Of a stretch of DNA of 64,000 nt, positions 12,976-23,742 are shown one piece after another; position 1 is the first letter of the stretch; each line of letters begins with the position of its first letter. Under the pieces are notes generated by a model. It worked only from the letters and a program-made list of their open reading frames with translations, did not search any database and was not told the DNA's origin. Made by a program: the position numbers and the translations under genes. Source of the stretch: Macrostomum lignano (lineage: Eukaryota); NCBI GenBank assembly GCA_002269645.1, contig NIVC01000218.1, positions 13,231-77,230 on the forward strand, given 5' to 3'.

Positions 12976-13853
12976 CCTCTGATGAAAATTTTTTTGACCG
13001 CAGAACTTCATTTCTACATTTGGTGCTGATTTTAAAAGAAATTATTAATTTATTATCCACTGCGATTGCCTTTACTAGCTATCGTCGAATGCAGTTCTAT
13101 AGCAGTGGATGGGGGCTCTAGACTAGACTAAAAAGTTCCCTTAACGAATTTATGCTCATCTGAGTTTCAAATTAGCCGCATGTCGTGTACCAATTTTAAT
13201 TGACCCTTAATACGAGTACTAACCGCCAAAGTACAGTCAAAGCCGTGCTCAGACACATAAATCAATAATTAATAAATAAGCAACCAAATAGTTTACAATT
13301 ATGTATAAAACACGCGATAAGCTGATTGCGAACAATAACGAATGCTGTTTTTATTAGAGTTGCAACTTATGAAATGTTTAGCAATAAAAAGCTGACAGGA
13401 AGTCATGCCTAAGCACCAGTTGAAAAGTACAGTCACACACAATAGACAGCGGGCCACAGCATATTAGCTAAATGTGATGATATTTTAGATACAATAACAA
13501 AATAGATTGAAAAACTGGAAATGCTAGCTTGTTAAAAAAGTATTGAAATAATTACTTTATCATTGCTGCTAAATGCAAGCACAGCAAATAATGCGACACA
13601 CCAATAAAACGAAGGTAACATTGTTTTACAAAAATAGAATGAATATATAAGAGAGACCAAATCGAGAACAATGATTGCACAAACACAGGAGAAATGGCAT
13701 TATTTAGCTAGCTAATAAAAATGTAGGACAAAAAAGTCCCGACAACACTCAAAAGCTACTATAAGTAGACAAGTAGCAGTTTACACGATATACTGATTAA
13801 AAATACAAAAATAAGTGATTGGTGAAGATCAGTGACCAGCGATCGGATTCCAC

Positions 13854-14238
13854 TCACTCCTGACCAGCCACCGGCGAGGTGCCGCGACCTCCGCAGTGCG
13901 GGCAGGTGCCGCTGCCGTCTTCAGCGACGGCGTAGGCAGCGGACTCGGCAATAGCAGCGGCGGCGGCGTCGGCGTCGTTAATCATGGCAGCCAGCAGGTC
14001 GGTCAGCTGCCGATTCTCCTCGGCCAGTTTGGCATTCTCTTCCAACGATTCGGACAGAGCCTGTCGGCGACTCTCGGCCAGTCTGGCCAGATATTCAGGC
14101 GAGTCCGGCTGCTCCTCGGCCGTCAGCCAGGCCAGCTCGGCGTCCGGCACACCGGTCTGGACGTTGGCATCAGTCAAAGCTGGCGGCAGCTCCGTCTGGG
14201 TGGCGGCTTCGCCGACGCGACGCCGATTCGAACGGCTG
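13854..14238 (-). CDS. GMNN: Geminin-like gene copy A, exon 2 (coiled coil)
   Basis: EEQPDSPEYLARLAESRRQALSESLEENAKLAEEN resembles the geminin [29 protein letters not shown] segment. tttctcag acceptor, GC-rich codon usage. The TGA overlaps a GTGAGT, so a further exon is possible. Confidence 0.72.
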
Positions 14239-14242
14239 CTGA

Positions 14243-15625
14243 GAAATGGGAGATTGAGTAGTTAGCCTACAGTGACTGGGTGCTAAGAATGGGAGATTGA
14301 GTAGTTAGCCTACAGTGACTGGGTGCTAAGAATGGGAGATTGAGTAGTTAGCCTACAGTGACTGGGTGCTAAGAAATGGGAGATTGGGTAGTTAGCCTAC
14401 AGTGACTGGGTGCTAAGAAATGGGAGATTGAGTAGTTAGCCTACAGTGACTGGATGCTAAGAATGGGAGATTGAGTAGTTAGCCTACAGTGACTGGGTGC
14501 TAAGAAATGGGAGATTGGGTAGTTAGCCTACAGTGACTGGGTGCTAAGAATATGAGATTGAGTAGTTAGCCTACAGTGACTGGGTGCTAAGAATGGGAGA
14601 TTGGGTAGTTAGCCTACAGTGACTGGGTGCTAAGAATGGGAGATTGGGTAGTTAGCCTACAGTGACTGGGTGCTAAGAAATGGGAGATTGGGTAGTTAGC
14701 CTACAGTGACTGGGTGCTAAGAATGGGAGATTGGGTAGTTAGCCTACAGTGACTGGGTGCTAAGAATGGGAGATTGGGTAGTTAGCCTACAGTGACTGGG
14801 TGCTAAGAAATGGGAGATTGAGTAGTTAGCCTACAGTGACTGGATGCTAAGAATGGGAGATTGAGTAGTTAGCCTACAGTGACTGGGTGCTAAGAAATGG
14901 GAGATTGGGTAGTTAGCCTACAGTGACTGGGTGCTAAGAAATGGGAGATTGAGTAGTTAGCCTACAGTGACTGGGTGCTAAGAAATGGGAGATTGGGTAG
15001 TTAGCCTACAGTGACTGGGTGCTAAGAATGGGAGATTGGGTAGTTAGCCTACAGTGACTGGGTGCTAAGAATGGGAGATTGGGTAGTTAGCCTACAGTGA
15101 CTGGGTGCTAAGAAATGGGAGATTGAGTAGTTAGCCTACAGTGACTGGATGCTAAGAATGGGAGATTGAGTAGTTAGCCTACAGTGACTGGGTGCTAAGA
15201 AATGGGAGATTGGGTAGTTAGCCTACAGTGACTGGGTGCTAAGAATATGAGATTGAGTAGTTAGCCTACAGTGACTGGGTGCTAAGAATGGGAGATTGAG
15301 TAGTTAGCCTACAGTGACTGGGTGCTAAGAAATGGGAGATTGGGTAGTTAGCCTACAGTGACTGGGTGCTAAGAATATGAGATTGAGTAGTTAGCCTACA
15401 GTGACTGGGTGCTAAGAATGGGAGATTGGGTAGTTAGCCTACAGTGACTGGGTGCTAAGAATGGGAGATTGGGTAGTTAGCCTACAGTGACTGGGTGCTA
15501 AGAAATGGGAGATTGGGTAGTTAGCCTACAGTGACTGGGTGCTAAGAATGGGAGATTGGGTAGTTAGCCTACAGTGACTGGGTGCTAAGAAATGGGAGAT
15601 TGAGTAGTTAGCCTACAGTGACTGG
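14243..15625. repeat. 43/44-bp minisatellite (about 32 copies)
   Basis: GAAATGGGAGATTGGGTAGTTAGCCTACAGTGACTGGGTGCTAA; fills most of the geminin-like intron. Confidence 0.95.
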
Positions 15626-15985
15626 CCGCTCTCAGACTACGTCTAACCTGAGCCAAGAAGTTCTATAAATGTTCAGATTTTCTAGAGTAGAAAAGTTAAG
15701 CAAAAATAGCCATAGTTAGCACCCAGGCAATAAGGGATCTTTTATATGGTATTTTATTGATCATAAATCGAGGATAGTCGTTAGAGTTTGCACAGTGGTA
15801 TCTTTAACTTTCAAACCATCAGACACTGCACATTTTTTCATACATAGGGATGGACCTAAAGACAGATTCTAGTACCAAGCAAAGATCCCAAGGATACCCG
15901 ATTTCTAATCTCTAATTGACAAAACCAAGCACCAATAATCCCATTGATATTGTATTTGAATTCATAAATCTGCATAGACACAGAC

Positions 15986-16116
15986 CTGCTAATAGTTGAT
16001 TTAGCATCAGCAAATGGCTTGAATGCTGTCTTCTTCCGCAGCACAGTTGGCTTCAGCGCTTCCATTCTCAGACTGTGAGCAATATTTTCTTGGCCCAGAT
16101 CAAACTTGGATGCCAT
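15986..16116 (-). CDS. GMNN: Geminin-like gene copy A, putative exon 1
   Basis: ATG at 16116, MASKFDLGQEN...RKKTAFKPFADAKSTIS. The AG/GTCTGT donor in phase 2 fits the exon 2 acceptor. Same peptide in copy B. The join is inferred. Confidence 0.5.
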
Positions 16117-17966
16117 TTGAATTTATTGGATCTGATAATCTGCAATGATTATTGGTTCATTAGGGGTAGATAATGGCAAGTTCATTTTACCAATTGAATG
16201 CATGATTATATTATCATAAATAGGTAATAGTTATAGCAACATTTTCAGTTAAAATCAAGCTGCCAAAATCAACTAGTAGGGGCCTAGCTTTAAAGATTGC
16301 ACATGAATGACTTCAATTATTAAAATAATAGAAAACACAAAGTAAAAAGTTCTAATCCAATAAAAAATATTAAAATGACTAATGACTAAGAACATGTTTA
16401 ATGTGAAAAAAACATTTGAATGTTTTTAATACTAAGTGGGGGTAAAAAACTACCTAGATTAAATTTTAAATTTAATGGCTTACCATAGCTTGTTCCTACT
16501 ATAACAATAACAATTAGACTTTTACTAATCCTTTTTCTTCTAAAAGTCAAACCCTATTAGATGGCAGATAAACTAGTTTTCTAGGCTTATTTTGCTTCTA
16601 TTTTATTTATATAACAGGTTCACAAATATCTTAACATTTCCTAAATTTTCTAACAGTTTTTTTAGATTTGATAGGCCTTCTATATTGGCAAAATTTGTTT
16701 TAGAATAGTTTTTTTTTAATAAGTTATATATTATTGAAATAGGTACTAGCTAATAGAAAAAAGCTTATAATATAATAGAATAAATATATATGTTTATTTG
16801 CTAAAATTTTCTACCATACACATGGGTAGCGGGAACTTATAGCACTGGGGGCATGTACCCCCAGAAAATGAATCAATGTGGTAATTTTTAATGCTTTTTC
16901 TGATTTTAGGCCCTAATTAACAGCTTATAAAGGTATATATACCCCCTTGCCCTGTGCCCGATGCTCCCCCCCTCCTTAAAATATTAGGCTCTACCACCCC
17001 TGAGCATACAGGCCACTTTCTTGATTATAATAGTAGAGAATTGAAGTACACTATTTCAACAAATGTGTATAATGTATTAGTAACCTAGGCCTTTGAAATA
17101 AATATATAAAAAGAGTTAAGAATCTTTTGAATTATCGAACAACCATTAGTAATGCCATAGGCCTATAGGATTTGTAATTGATAATTAGGCCCCCTAACAA
17201 TGTTTGCCACTTGAGCACTGAAACTATTAGGTATAAATTATATTGACAATTATATTAAGTTTAGTTAGTTTTACTTGGTAAATAGTTTAACAATAAAAAA
17301 AGAGATAATATAAAGAAGCAAAAGGATAATATTTTAGATAATAAAAAGCAGCTATTTTTTAGGGTTTTTAGATATGACATCAGAATTAGATTAATATTTA
17401 CTATGAATGATATTGATAAATCTTTATTAAAGTCTAAAAAGTTATTATTTAATAGCTTCATTTACTTTAAATAAGATACAATTTCATTTTACATTAAAGC
17501 CAGAAAAGGGGCTAAAAAGTGTATAGATAAAGCTAGGGCAGGGCCTATAGGCTATGCCTATGCCTATATTTTGCATAGTCTATTTGGCTATATAAGCCTA
17601 CTACATTATATCAGCCACATGTAGAAAGAAAAATATAATGTTCCATCTATATTACAATGGCACTGCCAGATCTATAGCCGTTAGAAAATGGGTTCTGGTG
17701 CCCCGGAACTCTAGCCATTGCCTATTCTACTATTGAATACTTCAATACTGTGAGCCGGCAATTGTCAAGTTCCATTTGTTAAATTTTTTGACTCAAGAAA
17801 AGTAATCTACAAACTATTTTAAGTAGGCCTACAAATAAATACTTTTAAGAGACATAAATAATTATGTCTCTTAAGCACTAAGCACTAATTCTAATCTAAA
17901 GTTGTCTTGTACTCTGTTTTTTAACTTGTGTCGATCGCGTGTGCTACATCCCAAAAATTCAGGTAG

Positions 17967-18228
17967 GAGGCTTTTCATATTACCAGTTCCAGAATCAGAA
18001 TCGGATCGGATCTTCCAAGAAAAACAGCAGTAAAACTATTTAATTCTGTTGAATGTTTGACTGCCTTAACAACCTCACTTAGCACAATTTTTCACTTTCT
18101 TCTTGGCGATTGTCATTCAATAATAAAAACTTTATAGCACGTATCTCCCTCTACTTATGGAGACAAAAAGTTATACTTCACATATTGGTTCTGGTTCTGG
18201 AACCAGAACAAGTAATATGAAAAGGCCT
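17967..18228. mobile_element. 262-bp MITE (3-bp TSD family), present only in copy A at this site
   Basis: Ends GAGGCTTTTCA / TGAAAAGGCCT, TSD TAG; empty site near 29964. Confidence 0.82.
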
Positions 18229-20434
18229 TAGGTTTTCAACCAACCTATTATACCGGCCGAGATCGATCTTGACGTGCGACAGTTAACATAATTTGAATTC
18301 GTCCCTCAATGCGTGTATGATTTGAATGTATCGCAAATGCAATTCTGATATTGTAATATAATCTTATTTTTATTTTACAGTCAAATTTCATGTGCTTATA
18401 TACATGCTATATTTTGATTCTTCCTAAATTTAGGATGACAGAAAATACATGTATGTCCATTTGAACTCACCGGCTTTGTAGAGCCCTCAATTAAGATTTA
18501 AGTATCAAGTAGAACTTAGCAGTGCTACGAAAACATTACTGATAAATAATATTACTGTACCTCGTGAGCTTTTTGCTTTTTGCAAAATACATGATGGATG
18601 GACTTTCATATGCATAAATGTATACTTATAAAGGTAGTACATGTATGACGTTGCATTCCTGCACGATAGCTCAAATGCATGTACAGCACGCACTAACTTT
18701 TGTTGCAATTTCCAATTAATTACACATGGTTGATGGCTGTGAATATACAATTCTACTTTTTACTGTTAAGAGTGCATCTAAATTAATTTTTAATTAGAGT
18801 AATTAATTCACAAATTTGTGCCGCGTGCGTTCATTTTTTTACAATAGTAACATGTACATGCATGCCGAGCTTTGAATTAAAATAATAGGAAAATCGCGAC
18901 TTGTGCAATAATCTATAGGCCATACAATAATAACACACGAACAGTTAAAATGAAAAGAAAAGTGTGTACGAACTTTGTTCACTTTAGTCACAAACAACGA
19001 ATAAAATTGCGCTATACACTGCGCACATAATACTGAACTGATGCGTGCTAGCATATATTTATATTTAAAATTCATTTTATAAAGAACAGGCAATAGAGAG
19101 TAAAGGGCTTTGATATATAATTTGAGATTGGGTCAGATAAGCACCCGTGGATTTAGGAAGATAAAATTGGCGACACATGCTTGGAAAACACAGTAAGCGG
19201 AGCAAAAGCTGCTGGTAATAAGTTTTAATAAATATTTAAACGAAAAAACACCCAGACAAACTAACTCAATGAGTACAATAGCTATTATTTTAACAATGAG
19301 AGGTATGAAGGGTGAGTTGAATTGATGCAGCAATCAGACAGCTAATCCTGTAACTCTTTGAATGAGAACGGGTAAAAATTGACAAGACGAAATAAAACAA
19401 AATCTGACGGAGAGGCGTGCAGCTGTTGCTAACAAGTCCGCGGCTGTTTGAAACCAAAACGGCAAGGGTTAAGTAAAACACGGGGGAGATTTTACAGAAA
19501 ACAGGGCATTCCGTGGACTGAGAGCGATACGATAACAAACTACTACCAGCTATAAGGAACAGTAGAGCTGCTTAACAAGAATGGAATGCAAAAATGTACA
19601 GAATATAAAATGAGATTAACGGCATATAAAATATGCATATTGGGAAGTAATAAAAATGAGAACACTAAAATGGTGTACCAATATGACGAGGCAAGCAAGG
19701 AGAAGCGCACCGAACACACAAGTCTAATGAGAAATCACAATTGAAACAATGACAAAAATAGTTGGAGCACAAAAACCTAATAAAAACTGGAATGTTGCCA
19801 TCGAAGCTGTGGGGTTTGGAGAATTTTGGGTGAGCAAAACAGCCAAATAGGTGTGGACAAAATAACCGGTAATATATATATAGCTCACAGGCTTGCTTGG
19901 TCTTCTCTCTATTAGAAGCAGCAACAGCAATTCGATACTAACAAGGCCAATTATTCTCTTTCAGCCAGTCCACCGGAAACTAAGAAAACATCAACTCTGA
20001 TAAGAGTTATCAACACAGCGCCCACCAGAGGCAAACTCAAACACCAGGAAAAATGAGATTACACATTAATTTGATGGGACTCGGCAAAAAACTATGAGAT
20101 TAAGACGAATTTTTGATGAGGACTTTGCGACTAGATGGAAATTTGCTCTGTTAGAGCAAAAACATTTGTTGGAATACATGTAGCCACAGATACTTAAATA
20201 GCTAGACATATCACTGAAATAAAAAATCTAATAAACTTTAATTGATTCAACGTTATTAAGCTGCAACAACCGCCGCTGGCTTTCTACAAGCAGACCCAAT
20301 AAATTAGCAACTTAATTCTGTTTGATTGTCCTGTGTGCATAGCGAGCAAGAGGGAAAAGGGCCCCAAGTCCCAGCCAGACCGATACACAGTTAGGTTTTC
20401 CTCCCTTTTGTCCGCTTGTCTGAATTTGATCTCT

Positions 20435-20660
20435 TTACTTTCTGCTCTCTCATTGGCTGAGCTAGATTTCCCTGCCCCCCTTAGCCTGAGTTTCGTCCGT
20501 CTAACTTTGACTTCTCTCTCCTTACTGCTCTCTCATTGGCTCAGCTAGATTTCCCTGCCCCCCCCTTAGGCTGAGTTTCGTCCGTCTAACTTTGACTCCT
20601 CTCTCCTTACTGCTCTCTCATTGGCTGAGCTAGATTGGGCCAGACTGAGTTTCGTCCGTC
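20435..20660. repeat. About 83-bp repeat x2.5 (paralog about 32440-32665)
   Basis: CTGCTCTCTCATTGGCTGAGCTAGATT recurs at about 20442, 20525 and 20610. Confidence 0.8.
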
Positions 20661-21337
20661 TTGCGTTCAATTGTTTATCAAGTTAAATGCTTTCTCTTTA
20701 TTCTTAACCCTATATGCTCCTGGGGCCTCAACCCTGAGGAAGGAAAGAAAATTTAGCTGCTACATTAAATTTAAGTAGCATGCGCAGACATATTACTGAA
20801 AAAAGAGTAGACGCTCTGCTTTTCATAACTTCAATTTCTAGTGGCATAGGAAGCTATTCTAGTATCTGTGTATGTAGCTAGGCTTTTCTCAGACAGATTC
20901 GATTGTTTCTTTAGACATCTCTTAATAAAGCGGCTAATGTATTGAGAAAGACTAAAAACTGACTTAAAAAGTTGACAAAAATGTAACAATTAAAGGAGCA
21001 AATAATAAAGGAGATCGCGCGTGTTTTTTAGTTAATTGTTTAGAAACATTCTGACAATCATTAAAGCAGATCAGTTGAGACAAAATAAATTAAATTGGAT
21101 GATTTTATTGCTAAGTTGAAAGGCAATATTTAGGAAAGCTTATTAATTGCAGTTCATAAAAAAGGTATAGAGCGATTTTTTGAGTTGTTTAAGGGGCGTT
21201 TCTTGGAATAGCTTAAGGCCTAAGGGCTACTTTTACAGTAGTTTAAGGAGTCTCTTGGAATAGCTTAATGACGATTCTTATACTTACTGAACAAGGAGAA
21301 TTTTTAGTTAGGCAACCTGTGGGCTGATTTTTGGAGC

Positions 21338-22040
21338 TCACAGCGTCGACTTTGCCGACTCTTTGTTACCGCCGCCGCGTCGGCCGGCGCTTTCGCTGCG
21401 CGCCTTCCGCCGACGGAACAGCCAAGATCCGGACAGCCGCTTCCGCCAGCTTTGCTGACCGGACTTGCCAGCTGCTTGCATCTGGTGAAGACCGCCGCCA
21501 GTCACGGAGCGAACGCTGCCAGTGACGGAGCCGCCGCCAGCATTGGCGGATTCGTCCTGCTGTTGTTGCGGAGGCCGCGGCGTCTCCAGCGGGCTGACAA
21601 CCCACAGACGGAGTGCCGATCTGCTCTCCCGGATTAGACGGCTCAGGTGCTCGTGCGATGCCCATTTCACATCCTGGTCGCCGACTCCGATGACTACATC
21701 ACGCGGCTCCAGGCCGTTCGCCTTCGCCTGGCCGCTGTCGTCTACTGAGGCCACGGTCACTGGAGCCTCGCCGGCCAGGCTGAACCCGAAGCTGCCGCTG
21801 CCGCCGCCGTCGCCTTCGCCGCGATGTAGCCGAATTTCCCGCGGCTGCGACCAGGCGTTGCGCGAATTGAAAAACCCGATTGGGCCCAGCGCGGTGAACA
21901 GGTCCTGCACCGGGTGGCGGTGGAAGTTCGGCTCATCTGGCGACAGGGCGCGGCCGATGCGGGCCCGGATGCCGCTGGAGTAGAATGAGACCAGCTGGGC
22001 GCTGGGCTCCAGCTCGATGTCCATGTGCAGCGTGCGGGCT
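21338..22040 (-). CDS. RHPN: Duplicated (orphan) rhophilin terminal exon encoding the PDZ domain; expression unknown
   Basis: Copy of 33339-34041 with intact ccgccag acceptor and stop. I see only two synonymous differences (21491, about 21563). Confidence 0.6.
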
Positions 22041-22104
22041 CTGGCGGGCAGGGGTAGGTGAAACAAGTGTTTATAATAATAATAAATATTCGCAAGAGAG
22101 CTGC

Positions 22105-22318
22105 AAGCATCCTGGAGCAATGCCTTCGACGACATCGTCCCACAACCAGCGCTGAGGCAATTCTGCCCATTTCGCTGACTCCTGAGCACGTGCCAGCGCG
22201 CCAGTACTGTACGCAGGCACGCACTCACACACACGCTCACACAGGGTGTACAGCGGCCCTGACTTTCTAATCGTCACGCATGTACACTCTCTGTGCCCGC
22301 TAAGCTGCTCTGCCCCCT
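22105..22318 (-). mobile_element. SINE family A, internally deleted (no B box)
   Basis: A-box head jumps directly to the body; 3' end lies just upstream of the PDZ exon acceptor. Confidence 0.72.
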
Positions 22319-22529
22319 GAAAGGATGCCTTCTGCAAACACGAAAGTTTGAAGCTCGAAACCTCACAAGCATGAAACATCACATCGTCGAAAACAAAAAA
22401 TTGAAGCTTGTAGTTTTACAAAACTGCTTGGAAGTTTCGTGCTTGTAGAAATGATTGACAAGACTTTTCGACGATAGGAAATTTGGAGCATGCGAAAGTG
22501 ACTCGGCGAAATAATTTTATTGATGAGCA

Positions 22530-23742
22530 GTTGAGGATCTGGGAGGGTGCAGGCGGTGGCCTGGCAACTGAGGATCTGGGAGGCTGGCTCAGCAACTGAG
22601 GATCTGAGAGGCTGGCTCAGCACCTGAGGATCTGAGAGGCTGGCTCAGCACCTGAGGATCTGAGAGGCTGGCTCAGCACCTGAGGATCTGGGAGGCTGGC
22701 TCAGCAACTGAGGATCTGAGAGGCTGGCTCAGCACCTGAGGATCTGGGAGGCTGGCTCAGCAACTGAGGATCTGAGAGGCTGGCTCAGCACCTGAGGATC
22801 TGGGAGGCTGGCCCAGCAACTGAGGATCTGAGAGGCTGGCTCAGCAACTGAGGATCTGAGATGCTGGCTCAGCAACTGAGGATCTGGGAAGCTGGCTCAG
22901 CAACTGAGGATCTGTGTGGCTGGCCAGGAACTGAGGATCTGAGAGCCTGGCTCAGCATCTGAGGATCTGAGAGCCTGGCTCAGCACCTGAGGATCTGAGA
23001 GCCTGGCTCAGCATCTGAGGATCTGAGAGCCTGGCTCAGCAACTGAGGATCTGAGAGCCTGGCTCAGCAACTGAGGATCTGAGAGCCTGGCTCAGCAACT
23101 GAGGATCTGAGAGCCTGGCTCAGCAACAGAGGATCTGAGAGCCTGGCTCAGCAACTGAGGATCTGAGAGCCTGGCTCAGCATCTGAGGATCTGAGAGCCT
23201 GGCTCAGCAACTGAGGATCTGAGATGCTGGCTCAGCAACTGAGGATCTGGGAAGCTGGCTCAGCAACTGAGGATCTGTGTGGCTGGCCAGGAACTGAGGA
23301 TCTGAGAGCCTGGCTCAGCATCTGAGGATCTGAGAGCCTGGCTCAGCACCTGAGGATCTGAGAGCCTGGCTCAGCATCTGAGGATCTGGGAGGCTGGCTC
23401 AGCAACTGAGGATCTGAGAGCCTGGCTCAGCAACTGAGGATCTGAGAGCCTGGCTCAGCAACTGAGGATCTGAGAGCCTGGCTCAGCAACTGAGGATCTG
23501 AGAGCCTGGCTCAGCAACTGAGGATCTGAGAGCCTGGCTCAGCATCTGAGGATCTGAGAGCCTGGCTCAGCACCTGAGGATCTGAGATGCTGGCTCAGCA
23601 ACTGAGGATCTGGGAGGCTGGCTCAGCAACTGAGGATCTGGGAGGCTGGCTCAGCAACAGAGGATCTGAGAGCCTGGCTCAGCAACAGAGGATCTGAGAG
23701 CCTGGCTCAGCATCTGAGGATCTGAGAGCCTGGCTCAGCAAC
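22530..23742. repeat. 28-bp minisatellite CTCAGCAACTGAGGATCTGAGAGCCTGG
   Basis: About 43 copies; ends at the duplication junction. Confidence 0.95.

Larger units (their letters stand above)
10748..23742. repeat. Tandem segmental duplication, copy A (about 13 kb)
   Basis: Colinear with 23821-34942 from GAGTAAAGAAGGTTATAAAG through the 28-bp satellite; scattered substitutions and indels. Confidence 0.93.

Noticed and set aside
15650-15685. Possible 34-nt mini-exon in the geminin-like intron
   Set aside because: Its phase is incompatible with exon 1 and would introduce TAG.
16815-17005. Old hAT-like MITE with a CAGGGGTGG-like end
   Set aside because: TIRs are degenerate and no TSD could be matched.
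21452-21983. Antisense and alternate-frame ORFs over GC-rich exons (also 2695, 5364, 13896, 38574, 39335, 44925, 53258)
   Set aside because: Shadow ORFs expected from GC-rich coding sequence.
22041-22240. N-terminal 67 aa of the 300-aa ORFs (also 34042-34241)
   Set aside because: Read-through of SINE and intron sequence upstream of the true acceptor.
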